DNA of 64,000 nt from the NCBI GenBank assembly GCA_963422645.2, contig CAXXVO010000007.1, positions 160,001-224,000 of the forward strand, in the 5' to 3' direction. The translations under genes were made by a program, and so were the position numbers. The stretch is from Alphaproteobacteria bacterium (GTDB lineage Bacteria; Pseudomonadota; Alphaproteobacteria; UBA828). This document shows, piece after piece, positions 30,486 to 40,350 of the stretch (within the stretch, counting starts at the first letter, position 1; the number at the start of each line of letters is the position of its first letter). The notes below the pieces were generated by a model that was given only the letters and a program-made list of their open reading frames with translations, had not been told where the DNA came from and ran no database searches.

Positions 30486-31200
30486 CGCCTTGCCTCCCCA
30501 TAGCGTCATTTTCTCCTCCCAGCGCATGCGGGAACAGGGTCATCCGCACCCGGCCGCCGAAGGTCATGATCTCTCCCCGATCGAGGAGTGCGAAATTGCC
30601 AGCGTCGAGCAGCCCGTGCGGGCCCTTGCCGCTCACCGGCTCGTCGCCTCTTGCGATTCCCGCCGGCAGGTCGATATGGGCCTTCGAGGTCCGGAACTCG
30701 TGACCCGCGTCGGAGCGGACCGTCACATCGCCGGAGAGGTCGAGCTGCTCGGCGTCGCGCTGGTAGAGACCCTCGTTCGCCGTCAACGCCATCATGCTGC
30801 TGCGCGCTTGATCGCCGTAGATATCGGCTTCGATCCCGTTGAGATGCACGATGGGTGAGTCGCTCTCCGACTGGAACGCCTCCGCCCCCCTCACGGCGAA
30901 GGGCCGGTTCTTCGCGTCGGTTCCCTGATAGCTGGCATTGATCATTGTCAATCTGCCGTCGACGTCCGGGTCCTCGATCAGCGGGACGTGGATGCCCTCC
31001 TGCCCACCGCTCACGAGCGGCCATGCCACGACGAGGCCGAGCAGGGCAGCCGCCATCGTCGGCAGCAGATAGCGCATGAGGCCGACAAAGCCGCTGTAGC
31101 GGCCGGGGCGGCCGACGCTGCCGCCACCGTCCGCGCGGTAGTGCCGGAGCCGGCCCGCCGGGGCGGCCCCCCCCGGTGCTTTGCCCGTCCCTGTGTTCAT
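30469..31200 (-). CDS. lptC: LPS export protein LptC
   Basis: RYS.FV..MR..LP plus TM, Y.G.D...RPF, V.G.GP.G.L.A..F; operon position. Confidence 0.8.
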   Translation of the reverse strand: MNTGTGKAPGGAAPAGRLRHYRADGGGSVGRPGRYSGFVGLMRYLLPTMAAALLGLVVAWPLVSGGQEGIHVPLIEDPDVDGRLTMINASYQGTDAKNRPFAVRGAEAFQSESDSPIVHLNGIEADIYGDQARSSMMALTANEGLYQRDAEQLDLSGDVTVRSDAGHEFRTSKAHIDLPAGIARGDEPVSGKGPHGLLDAGNFALLDRGEIMTFGGRVRMTLFPHALGGENDAMGRQGDENQG

Positions 31201-32189
31201 GCCAGGCCTGCTCGCAGGCAATCGTGGATGTGCACGACGCCCACGGGTTGTCTCGCCTCGATCACGAAGAGGCTGGTGATCTGGTGCTCGTTCATGAGGT
31301 GCACGGCCTCCGCGCCGAGCGCTCCGGCATGAACTGTCACCGGATCTCTCGTCATGATGTCGGAGACCGGCCGTTGCAGCAGGCCGGCCTCCATGTGACG
31401 TCTGAGGTCGCCGTCGGTCACGATGCCGGCCAGCGCGCCCTGCGGGTCGGTCGCACCGACGCAGCCGAGGCGCTTCGCCGTCATCACGATCAGGGCCTCT
31501 GCCATCAAGGCATCGGTGGAGACGAGCGGCAGGTCTTCGCCCGCATGCATGATGTCGGCGACCCGGACCAGCCGGCGGCCGAGCTTGCCGCCGGGATGGT
31601 AGAGCTCGAAGTCCTCGGCCGTAAGCCCCTTGCGCTCCAGCAGGGCGACCGCAAGCGCATCGCCCAGTGCCAGCATCATGATGGTGGACGTCGTCGGCGC
31701 CAGGCCGAGGGTGCCGGCCTCCGGCTCGTCGGGCAGTACCAGCGCGACGGTGGCGGCGTCAGCCAGCGTGCTCGGCGCCCGCCCCACGACGGCGACGAGC
31801 GGAATGCTGAATCGCGTGGCGTAATTCACCAGGTCAGCGAGTTCCGGCGTCTCGCCCGAATTCGAGAGCATCAGCAGCGTGTCTGCCCCTGTAATCATGC
31901 CGAGATCGCCGTGGCTCGCCTCTGCCGGGTGAACGAAGAGAGCCGGCGCCCCGGTCGAGGCGAAGGTTGCCGCAATCTTGTTGGCGATATGGCCGCTCTT
32001 GCCCATGCCGGAGAGCACGATCCGACCCTGCGTGGCTGCGAGCAACTCGGTGGCGTCCACAAAGCGCCCAGTCAACGCCTCGGCGAGCCGCGCGAGCGCG
32101 CGCGATTCCTGGCCCACCACCCGGCGGGCGGCGGCAAGGTCGTCATGCTCGATCAGGTCGAGCGCGGCGGTCGCTGCGGTCGGACTCAC
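31197..32189 (-). CDS. kdsD: Arabinose-5-phosphate isomerase (KpsF/GutQ)
   Basis: GMGKSGHI, HPAEASHGDLG, APTTST, HPGGKLG, two CBS domains. Start uncertain. Confidence 0.93.
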   Translation of the reverse strand: MSPTAATAALDLIEHDDLAAARRVVGQESRALARLAEALTGRFVDATELLAATQGRIVLSGMGKSGHIANKIAATFASTGAPALFVHPAEASHGDLGMITGADTLLMLSNSGETPELADLVNYATRFSIPLVAVVGRAPSTLADAATVALVLPDEPEAGTLGLAPTTSTIMMLALGDALAVALLERKGLTAEDFELYHPGGKLGRRLVRVADIMHAGEDLPLVSTDALMAEALIVMTAKRLGCVGATDPQGALAGIVTDGDLRRHMEAGLLQRPVSDIMTRDPVTVHAGALGAEAVHLMNEHQITSLFVIEARQPVGVVHIHDCLRAGLA

Positions 32190-32591
32190 TGAATTCGAAT
32201 TTTGTCCAAAACGTGGCAAGCATGATGCGGACGGCGCCGCCCGTCAATGAATTGTGCCGGTCTTGGAGCCATGCAAGGGCGCACAACCCCACATATTGTA
32301 TGCCATGTGTGATATAGCGACCGGCCACGCTTAGCACCCGACGGCGCGCCTCCATTGCGCGTGAAATGGCGAGCCCTTTCTGCCTTCGTCGGCCAGCCAG
32401 TTAACCCGCACTTCTCGCTAGGGTCGCGGCCTGCGCGGTACTGTTCGGGGGTCAGCGCAGGAAAGCGGGGCGGTATGCCGTGGGTCAGGGTACGACCCTG
32501 CGCGCCGCCGGGCGTCGGTGTTTGAATGTCCGCTCGAAGGGTATACATGAGGCGATCGAGAGACCCTGCGACGTACAAAGGGACGGAGAAC

Positions 32592-33905
32592 GTGACCCCG
32601 GGCGAGCTGATCTACCTGGTCTGGAACGACCTTGTCGGACTCTCACGAACGCGCGGTGTGCCGGCCGCGGAATACGAGCGACGCAAGGATCACGGGCTTG
32701 GCTGGGCGCTGGCGGGGCAGTCGCTGACACCGTTCGAGGACATCGCCGACAACCCGTGGGGGCCAATGGATGAGGTGAGGCAGACGCCCGACGACGGCAC
32801 CCGACGTCGGATCGTGCTGCAGCCGGAGTATCCGGCCCTTCATCTGGTCCTGTGCGACAGTCTCAACCCCGACGGCAGCCCCTGGGAATGCTGCACGAGG
32901 AGCTTCCTGGCTAAGGCGCTGGCCGACTTGAAGACGGAAACGGGGCTTGACCTGCATATCGCGTACGAGAACGAGTTCGGACTGTTGGGCGAAGGACTCG
33001 AGTGGGCAGCGCCCTTCTCGTTGGATGCCGGACGCCGAATCGCTCCCTTTGCCGATCTCTGCGTGGCAGCGCTTATCGACGCCGACCTCGGCATCGAGAC
33101 CTTCGAGCCCGAATACGGCGTGGGCCAATTCGAGATAACGAGTGGGCCTGCGGTTGGGCTTGCGGGCGCGGACCGTGTGGTCCTGACGCGGGAAGTCGTG
33201 CGCGAAGCCGCCCGCCAGTGCGGGCTGCGCGCGACCTTCACCCCCAAACCGGCCCCGGATGCGGTCGGCAACGGCTGCCATCTTCACCTGAGCATTTGGG
33301 ACGACGACGGCAGGCCTGCAGCTTATGACCCCGGATCGCCCGGGGAGCTCAGCACGGTCGCCGCAAGCTTCTGTGCAGGCGCGCAGCGGCACCTCGCCGC
33401 TCTCTGCGCGCTGACCGCGCCGAGCCCCATCTCCTATCTGCGTCTCGTCCCGCACCACTGGAGCTGCGCCTACGACATCGTCGGCCTGCAGAACCGCGAG
33501 GCAGCAATTCGCATCTGCCCATCCCCGGTCGCCGATCCTGCGGCGCGCGGCGATGCCTTCAACATCGAGTTCCGCTTCACCGATGCCACGGCGAGCCCGT
33601 ACCTCGCCATCGGCGCCATCGTTCGCGCGGGGCTTCAGGGAATTCGCGAGGAGCTGCCGCGTCCCACTCTTGTGGACGGTGAACCGGACGACCTGAGTGA
33701 AGACGAGAGAAGCGCGCTCGGCATAAGCAGACTCCCCACGTCTCTTCAGGGGGCTCTCGACGCATTCGGCGAAGACGAGACCGCGAAGGGTTGGTTCACG
33801 CCCACGATGGTGGAGGCCTATACCGCGCTAAAGCGGCACGAAGCGCGTGTCTATGCGGAATCGAGGCCCGAACGCATGTGCGAACGGTATACGCAGGCCT
33901 ATTGA
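32592..33905 (+). CDS. Glutamine synthetase family protein (gamma-glutamyl-amine ligase-like)
   Basis: ENEF, EPEYGVGQFEI, GNGCHLHLS, NREAAIRI, EFRFTDATASPYL. GTG start after GGAGAA. Confidence 0.88.
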   Translation: MTPGELIYLVWNDLVGLSRTRGVPAAEYERRKDHGLGWALAGQSLTPFEDIADNPWGPMDEVRQTPDDGTRRRIVLQPEYPALHLVLCDSLNPDGSPWECCTRSFLAKALADLKTETGLDLHIAYENEFGLLGEGLEWAAPFSLDAGRRIAPFADLCVAALIDADLGIETFEPEYGVGQFEITSGPAVGLAGADRVVLTREVVREAARQCGLRATFTPKPAPDAVGNGCHLHLSIWDDDGRPAAYDPGSPGELSTVAASFCAGAQRHLAALCALTAPSPISYLRLVPHHWSCAYDIVGLQNREAAIRICPSPVADPAARGDAFNIEFRFTDATASPYLAIGAIVRAGLQGIREELPRPTLVDGEPDDLSEDERSALGISRLPTSLQGALDAFGEDETAKGWFTPTMVEAYTALKRHEARVYAESRPERMCERYTQAY

Positions 33906-34001
33906 CGGCACTGAACGCGCAACGAGGGCGAGCGCGGTGCGGCCCGGCCACAGCGACGGAAATGGTCGGGCGACCCCGCTTCGACACTGGAGACCAAAGA
34001 C

Positions 34002-34664
34002 ATGCTGCGCAGCGAAATGGATGCCATTCCCCTGGAAGGCGACGTCTCGTTTCGACAACGGGCGGTGGAGCCCGAGCGTACGGCGTTACTTGTGATCGAC
34101 CTTCAAAAGGGCTTCTACAACGAGGAGATACGCGAGCGGGAGCAGGACCGCCGCTACCTTTACGACCGTATTCGCGACGTTGTCATCCCGAACGGGCGGC
34201 GCCTGATCGCCGCTTGCCGGGGTGAGGGTATCGAGGTCGTATACACGGTTGTCGAATGCCTGACACATGACGGCCGCGACCGCGGGCTGGACTACAAGGT
34301 TTCCGGAATTTTCGCCGCCAAGGGATCGTGGGAAGCGGAGGTCGTCGACGAGTTGGGGCCGGGAGACGACGACATCGTCATCCCGAAGACCTCATCGAGC
34401 CTGTTCAATTCGACGAACTGCGATTACGTGCTTCGCAATCTCGGCATCGAATACGTGATGGTCATGGGGATGCTGACCGACCAATGCGTCGAGACCGCCG
34501 TGCGCGACGGCTGCGATCGCGGATTCCTCATGACCTTTATCGACGATGCCTGCGCCACGCATTCGGAGCAGCGCCACCGTGAGGCCGCGCACGGATTCCG
34601 AGGCTATTGTCGGATTCGAACCACGGACCAGCTGCTTGAGGAACTCGGCCAGCATCCGTCCTGA
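34002..34664 (+). CDS. Isochorismatase family cysteine hydrolase
   Basis: ALLVIDLQ, KTSSSLFNST, TDQCVETAVRD catalytic D-K-C. Confidence 0.9.
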   Translation: MLRSEMDAIPLEGDVSFRQRAVEPERTALLVIDLQKGFYNEEIREREQDRRYLYDRIRDVVIPNGRRLIAACRGEGIEVVYTVVECLTHDGRDRGLDYKVSGIFAAKGSWEAEVVDELGPGDDDIVIPKTSSSLFNSTNCDYVLRNLGIEYVMVMGMLTDQCVETAVRDGCDRGFLMTFIDDACATHSEQRHREAAHGFRGYCRIRTTDQLLEELGQHPS

Positions 34665-34789
34665 CCGGCAAGGATTCAGTCGGACCCTTGCACTCCGGAA
34701 CACATGCGCTGCACGACGCGCTTCGCGACTTTCCTGTCTTGTAGGCCGGACAGCGCCGCGCAGGCCACAACCGTGGTGAGAAATTCGGG

Positions 34790-35476
34790 CTACCTACATA
34801 AGGGCCATACCTCGTACCAGGCGTCGCAGCGGAAGTCTGATTCGCAGCGCTTGAGCTGCGCCTCGTAGCGGCTGGCGGTCTCGGCCACGCGCTTCGAGAT
34901 GCGCTGTAGCGCCGGCTTATCTTTCCAGGTGCCTCGCCGGTAGCCCGTGCGGCCCTCGTGATAGGCGAGATAAAGATTGCGCGCGTCGGTCTTGGCGATG
35001 CCGAGCTCCCGCGACGTCCCGTGGTTGTACCAGCCGATGAAATCGAGGGCGTCTTCCATGTCCGACCGGCTGCGCCAGAACGAGCCGCGCTCGTTCGTGT
35101 AGTCCGCCCACGCCGGGTCCTGCGCCTGGGCGTATCCCTTGGCTGACGACACGCGGCCCCACGGGATGAAACCGAGAATATAGGTGCGGGGCGGCCGCGC
35201 ATTGCTCCTGTAGCTCGATTCGTGATGCACGAAGGCCATGAGAACGGGGATCGGCACGTCCCACGTGTCCGCTGCCTCGCGCGCGTAATCGAACCAGTCG
35301 GGATGCTGGTGGAAGACCGCACAAAGATCCTGCTGACGATCCGGAACCGAGGGCGTGCATCCGGCCACCACCAGGGCGAGAAGAAGGGTGGCCACCAGGC
35401 CTGCCCCCATCCACCGCCGGCGGCCCAAACGAGCCGTCAGGGTCGAAAGAACGCCCTCGATCTGCCTGCTCGTCAT
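34790..35476 (-). CDS. Lytic transglycosylase (SLT-like) lipoprotein
   Basis: Lipobox VAGC, HHESSY, SSAKGYAQA, YLAYHEG. Confidence 0.8.
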   Translation of the reverse strand: MTSRQIEGVLSTLTARLGRRRWMGAGLVATLLLALVVAGCTPSVPDRQQDLCAVFHQHPDWFDYAREAADTWDVPIPVLMAFVHHESSYRSNARPPRTYILGFIPWGRVSSAKGYAQAQDPAWADYTNERGSFWRSRSDMEDALDFIGWYNHGTSRELGIAKTDARNLYLAYHEGRTGYRRGTWKDKPALQRISKRVAETASRYEAQLKRCESDFRCDAWYEVWPLCR

Positions 35477-35488
35477 CGGCGGGGACGC

Positions 35489-36646
35489 TCACATCATGAC
35501 GATTCGGGGTTGGGCGCGGCCGGCGCCGCTCACCGCTGAGGTCGCCTTGTCGATCAGGCCGGCTGCGATCTGCCGGTAGGATTCGGCGTGGGGGCTCTCG
35601 GGTCGGGTGACCACGATGGGACGGCCCGAATCGGATGTCATCCTGATCTCGAGGTCCAGCGGAATCTCTCCCAGGAAGTCCACACCAAGCCGCAGCGCGG
35701 TCTCGCGCGCGCCGCCATGGTGAAAGAGCTCGGCCCGGTGGCCGCATTCGGGGCAGATGTAGTAGCTCATGTTCTCGACGACGCCGAAGATCGGCACATT
35801 GACCTGCTGGAACATGTTGATGCCCCGGGTCACGTCGAGCAGGGCGATGTCCTGCGGGGTGGACACGATGACCGCGCCCGTGAGCGGCACCCGTTGCGCC
35901 ATGGTGAGCTGCGCATCGCCGGTGCCGGGCGGCAGGTCGCAGAGCAGAACGTCGAGCTCACCCCAATCGACGTCCCGCATCATCTGTTCCAGCGCCTGCA
36001 TGACCATCGGCCCGCGCCAGATCATGGCGGTGTCCTCGGCGACCAGGAAGCCGATGGACATGCACTTGATGCCGTAATTCGCCATGGGGCGCAGCGTGCG
36101 CTCGCCCACCATCTCCGGCTGGCCGCTGAGATTGAGCATGCGCGGGATCGAGGGGCCGTAGATATCGCAGTCGAGCAGGCCGACTCGGACATTCTGGGCG
36201 GCCATGGCCGTAGCGAGGTTCACGGCGGTGGTCGACTTGCCGACTCCGCCCTTTCCCGACGCGATGGCGATGACGCTCTTTACGCCGGGCAGGAGCTGTT
36301 CGGGCTGCTGCGCCCGCGTCTGAGCCTGCCCGCCGTGAGCGTGCCCATGGCCATGGGTGTGGCCCTGCGCGTCGCCATGCGGCTGCCCGCCCGCGGGTCT
36401 CTCGGCGGTCAGCACGGCCGTCACGGACAGTACGCCCGACAAATGCTCGACAGCGGTCTCGCACGCCTTGCGCAGCGGCTCCTTCGCCGCACCCTGGGCC
36501 GGGTCGACCTCGAGCGCAAAGCCGACATTGCCGTCCCTGACCACGACTCCGCTGATCAGGCCGCCGGCAACCACGTTCTGGCCGCTGTCCGGATCCAGGA
36601 CGTCCGCCAGCGCCGCCAGAACCTGATCCTTGGTGACTGACGCCAT
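35489..36646 (-). CDS. apbC: Mrp/ApbC Fe-S cluster carrier ATPase
   Basis: SGKGGVGKST, DIYGPS, WRGPMV, DLPPGTGD, ENMS..CPEC. Confidence 0.93.
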   Translation of the reverse strand: MASVTKDQVLAALADVLDPDSGQNVVAGGLISGVVVRDGNVGFALEVDPAQGAAKEPLRKACETAVEHLSGVLSVTAVLTAERPAGGQPHGDAQGHTHGHGHAHGGQAQTRAQQPEQLLPGVKSVIAIASGKGGVGKSTTAVNLATAMAAQNVRVGLLDCDIYGPSIPRMLNLSGQPEMVGERTLRPMANYGIKCMSIGFLVAEDTAMIWRGPMVMQALEQMMRDVDWGELDVLLCDLPPGTGDAQLTMAQRVPLTGAVIVSTPQDIALLDVTRGINMFQQVNVPIFGVVENMSYYICPECGHRAELFHHGGARETALRLGVDFLGEIPLDLEIRMTSDSGRPIVVTRPESPHAESYRQIAAGLIDKATSAVSGAGRAQPRIVMM

Positions 36647-36777
36647 CGTTCCACTCCGAGCGGGTGGTCCCGGCACAACGAGACGACAAATGCGTACTCG
36701 CGTCATTGCGTGCCGAGACCACATGACTTATAAGGCGCTCATGATGACTTGCAAAGCCTTGGGAGAAAGGCTGATCC

Positions 36778-37908
36778 ATGCCCTGGTCTAGCCAAGGCGG
36801 TGGAGGCGGCTGGCAAAGCGGCGGCGGCAATAGCGGCCCTTGGGGGCGCTCGCCGGGCGGCGGCGGCCGGCGTGGCGGTGGGCAGCAAACCCCACCGCCA
36901 GATCTCGAAGAGATGCTCCGGCGTGGGCAGGATCGCTTCCGCCGATTTATGCCGGGTCTGCGCGGGGGCCGCGGCCTCATCTTGCTCCTCATCGTCGTGC
37001 TCGGCATCTGGCTGCTGACCGGTTTCTACCGCGTCGAGCCCGACGAGCAGGGTGTGGTGCTGCGCTGGGGCGAGTGGACCCAGACCACCCAGCCGGGCCT
37101 CAACTATCATCTGCCCTGGCCCTTCGAGACGGTTCTCTTGCCCAAGGTGACGAAGATCAACCGGGCCGAGATCGGCTACCGGACCCTGGTCGATTCGCAA
37201 CGGGGGGCGTTCACGCGGCCGGTGCCGGACGAGAGCCTGATGCTCACCGGCGACGAGAACATTATCGACGTGAAGTTCACCGCCTTCTGGCGCATCCGCG
37301 ATGCCGGCCAGTATCTGTTCAACATCCAGTCGCCGGATCGCACGGTGAGGGACGCGGCCGAGAGCGCGATGCGCGAGGTGATCGGCAAGACCCGCCTGCA
37401 ATCCGCCCTTGCCGAGGAGCGGTTTCTCCTGGCCCAGCAGACTCACGAACTGACCCAGTCGATCCTGGACTATTACGGCGCCGGCATAGAAGTCACCCAG
37501 ATCGAGCCGCAGGACATTGCACCGCCGGACGCGGTGATCGCCGCCTTCCGTGACGTGCAGGCCGCACGCGCGGACCAGGAGCGGGCGAAGAACGAGGCCG
37601 AGTCCTACCGCAACGACATCATCCCGCGTGCACGCGGCGCGGCGGAACGCCTCGTGCAGGAGGGCACGGCCTACAAGGAGCAGATCGTCGCCGAGGCCCA
37701 GGGCGAGGCGTCGCGCTTCGTAGCGGTCCATGTCGAGTACGCGCAGAACCCCGACGTCGTCCGCCGCCGCATGTATCTGGAGACGTTGGAAGAGGTGCTC
37801 GGCGGGCTGGACAAGATCATCATCGATTCGGGCGGGGAGGGCTCTTCCGGCGTCGTGCCCTACCTGCCCCTGCCCGAGCTTCAACGCCGCCAGGGCGGCA
37901 CGCAGTAG
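36778..37908 (+). CDS. hflK: FtsH modulator HflK
   Basis: MPW..GGG..GPWG N-terminus, PGLNYHLPWP, MLTGDENI, IIPRARG. Confidence 0.95.
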   Translation: MPWSSQGGGGGWQSGGGNSGPWGRSPGGGGRRGGGQQTPPPDLEEMLRRGQDRFRRFMPGLRGGRGLILLLIVVLGIWLLTGFYRVEPDEQGVVLRWGEWTQTTQPGLNYHLPWPFETVLLPKVTKINRAEIGYRTLVDSQRGAFTRPVPDESLMLTGDENIIDVKFTAFWRIRDAGQYLFNIQSPDRTVRDAAESAMREVIGKTRLQSALAEERFLLAQQTHELTQSILDYYGAGIEVTQIEPQDIAPPDAVIAAFRDVQAARADQERAKNEAESYRNDIIPRARGAAERLVQEGTAYKEQIVAEAQGEASRFVAVHVEYAQNPDVVRRRMYLETLEEVLGGLDKIIIDSGGEGSSGVVPYLPLPELQRRQGGTQ

Positions 37909-37914
37909 TAGGCC

Positions 37915-38832
37915 ATGAGCACCCGACTCAAATTCATCATCGGCATCGCGGTCGTCCTCGTGGCGATCGTCGTGATTCTGATCTCCACCTACAAGGTGCG
38001 TGAGGATCAGCAGGCGATCCTCCTGCAGCTCGGCGAGCCCATCAAGGTGGTGAACCAGTGGGGCACGGACGAACCGGGGCTGCGCTTCAAGACGCCCTTC
38101 GTCCAGAACGTCGAGTATTTTGAGAAGCGGGTTCTCGACTTCAACGCGCCGGCGGAGGAGATGATCCTCGGAGATCAGAAGCGGCTGGTCGTGGACGCCT
38201 TCATCCGCTACCGGATCATCGATCCCCTGCGCTTCTTCCAGTCCGTCGGCAACGAGGCGGTGGCCCGCGCCAGACTCGGCGCCATCCTCAACGCCAGCAC
38301 GCGGCAGGTGCTGGGCACGGTCGAGCTGATCACCGTGCTCTCCGGCGAGCGCGCCCAGCTGATGACCGAGATCAGGGACCAGGTGAACCGTCAGTCCACC
38401 GGCTTCGGCGTCGATGTGATCGATGTGCGCATCCGCCGCGCCGACCTGCCGGAGGAGAACAGCCAGGCCGTCTATCAGCGCATGCAGACCGAGCGCGAGC
38501 GCGAGGCGAAGGAGTTCCGGGCCCAGGGTGAAGAAGAGTCGCAGCGCATCCGCTCACGCGCCGACCGCGAACGTGTGGTGCTCCTCGCGGAGGCGGAGCG
38601 CGAGTCCCAGATCCTGCGCGGCGACGGCGACGGCGAAGCGCACCGGATCTCCCGCGAGGCCTATGGCCGGGACCCCGAATTCTACGCCTTCTACCGGGCT
38701 ATGCAGGCCTATCGCGAAGCCCTCGGGGACTCCGATACCTCGATGGTGCTGTCGCCGGACAGCGAGTTCTTCCGTTACTTCGGTGAGATATCGGGCAGCC
38801 AGGCACCCACCGCCCCGGCGACGCCTGAGTGA
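37915..38832 (+). CDS. hflC: FtsH modulator HflC
   Basis: DQKRLVVDAF, RADLP, RMQTERERE, DPEFYAFYR, LSPDSEFFRY. Confidence 0.95.
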   Translation: MSTRLKFIIGIAVVLVAIVVILISTYKVREDQQAILLQLGEPIKVVNQWGTDEPGLRFKTPFVQNVEYFEKRVLDFNAPAEEMILGDQKRLVVDAFIRYRIIDPLRFFQSVGNEAVARARLGAILNASTRQVLGTVELITVLSGERAQLMTEIRDQVNRQSTGFGVDVIDVRIRRADLPEENSQAVYQRMQTEREREAKEFRAQGEEESQRIRSRADRERVVLLAEAERESQILRGDGDGEAHRISREAYGRDPEFYAFYRAMQAYREALGDSDTSMVLSPDSEFFRYFGEISGSQAPTAPATPE

Positions 38833-38893
38833 CGCGCCCCGGCCGCGGGCCGGTGCAAGGCCGCCCCCACGGCCACCCCCCTACGATCCGGCT

Positions 38894-39088
38894 ATGAACG
38901 ACGGGCTCACCGCCTTCCTGACCGCTATCGGACTCATCTTCGTAATTGAGGGCGGGCTTTATGCACTGTTCCCGGAGGCCATGCGGCGCAGCATCGCGCG
39001 CGTACTGGCGCAGCCTTCGGGCCGGATCCGCGCCATAGGCACGGGCGCGGCGTTGGTGGGCCTCCTGCTGGTCTGGCTCGTCAACTAG
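38894..39088 (+). CDS. DUF2065 small membrane protein
   Basis: AIGLIFVIEGGLYALFP..MRR; usual position after hflC. Confidence 0.85.
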   Translation: MNDGLTAFLTAIGLIFVIEGGLYALFPEAMRRSIARVLAQPSGRIRAIGTGAALVGLLLVWLVN

Positions 39089-39127
39089 GGGCACGAAGCC
39101 AGCTGTGGAGAGGATGGAGGGTAGCGG

Positions 39128-40348
39128 GTGAGCAAGAGGCTCTTGGCCCCCTTTGCGGGACTTCGCGTCGCGCCGGACCATGCGGGCGCGGTGGCGGCAC
39201 CGCCCTATGACGTGCTGTCTAGGGCGGAGGCGCGCGCTGCGGTGGAGGGCCGGCCGTGGAGCTTCCTCCACGTTTCCCGGCCGGAGATCGATCTGCCGCC
39301 CGAGACGCCCGACGGCGCGTCAGCGCTCTACCACCGGGCGGCGGCAGTATTTTACCGGATGATCGAGCAGGGGGTGCTCATCCGCGATGCGTCGCCCCGC
39401 TTCTTCGCTTACCGCATGGCGAGCGAAGGTCGCACGCAGACGGGGCTCGCGGCTGCCGCCTCGCTCCCAGCCTACGAGGCGGGCGCGATCAAGCGCCACG
39501 AATCGACGCGGCCGCCCAAGGTGGAGGACCGCGCACGGCACATCGCGGCGTTGGGCGCGCAGACCGGCCCCCTGCTCCTGATCCACCGGCCGGACGAGGC
39601 GTGCCGCCGCCTGATCGGGGCGGCCTGCGACGGGCCGCCGCTCTGCAGCGCCCTGCTCGACGGTGCCGTGACCCACACGCTCTGGCCGATCGAGGGCGCA
39701 GACGAAATCGCGGCGCTGGCCGCGCGTTTCGACGCGCTCGCCGCGCTCTACATCGCCGACGGCCATCACCGCGCTGCCGCTGCTCACATGGCGGCCCAGG
39801 CAGCGGGAGGGCCGGCCGGCCGCATGCTCACGGTGTGCTTCCCCGCCGACGAGGTGCAAATTCTGGATTATCATCGGGTCGTGCGGGGCCTGAACGGCCT
39901 CTCGCCCGACGCCTTCCTTCGCGCGATCGGTGAGACGCTAAGCTGCGACCCGGCGGACGGGCCGGTGGAGCCCGCGCAACCGGCGCAATTCGGCATGTAC
40001 GTGGCGGGCCGCTGGTATCGCCTTAGCGCGGACAGTCTGACGCCCCCACGCGGCTCTGTGGTCGACCGTCTCGATGTTTCGCGCCTCACGCACCTGGTGC
40101 TCGCGCCGATCCTCGGTATCGGCGATCCCAGGCGCGATGGGCGGATCGACTTCGTGGGCGGCGGGCGCGGGGTGGAAGCGCTTGCGGCGGCGGTCGATGG
40201 CGGCAAGGCCTCCGTGGCCTTCTCGCTCCATCCCATCTCCGTGGACGACCTCATGGCGGTCGCCGATGCCAGCGCGATCCTGCCGCCGAAAACCACCTGG
40301 TTCGAGCCTAAGCTCGCCGACGGACTGGTCTCGCTGCCCCTTTCCTGA
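39128..40348 (+). CDS. DUF1015 family protein
   Basis: APPYDV, SFLHVSRPEID, IKRHE.T, YIADGHHR, PPKTTWFEPKL.DGL. Confidence 0.88.
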   Translation: MSKRLLAPFAGLRVAPDHAGAVAAPPYDVLSRAEARAAVEGRPWSFLHVSRPEIDLPPETPDGASALYHRAAAVFYRMIEQGVLIRDASPRFFAYRMASEGRTQTGLAAAASLPAYEAGAIKRHESTRPPKVEDRARHIAALGAQTGPLLLIHRPDEACRRLIGAACDGPPLCSALLDGAVTHTLWPIEGADEIAALAARFDALAALYIADGHHRAAAAHMAAQAAGGPAGRMLTVCFPADEVQILDYHRVVRGLNGLSPDAFLRAIGETLSCDPADGPVEPAQPAQFGMYVAGRWYRLSADSLTPPRGSVVDRLDVSRLTHLVLAPILGIGDPRRDGRIDFVGGGRGVEALAAAVDGGKASVAFSLHPISVDDLMAVADASAILPPKTTWFEPKLADGLVSLPLS

Positions 40349-40350
40349 CG

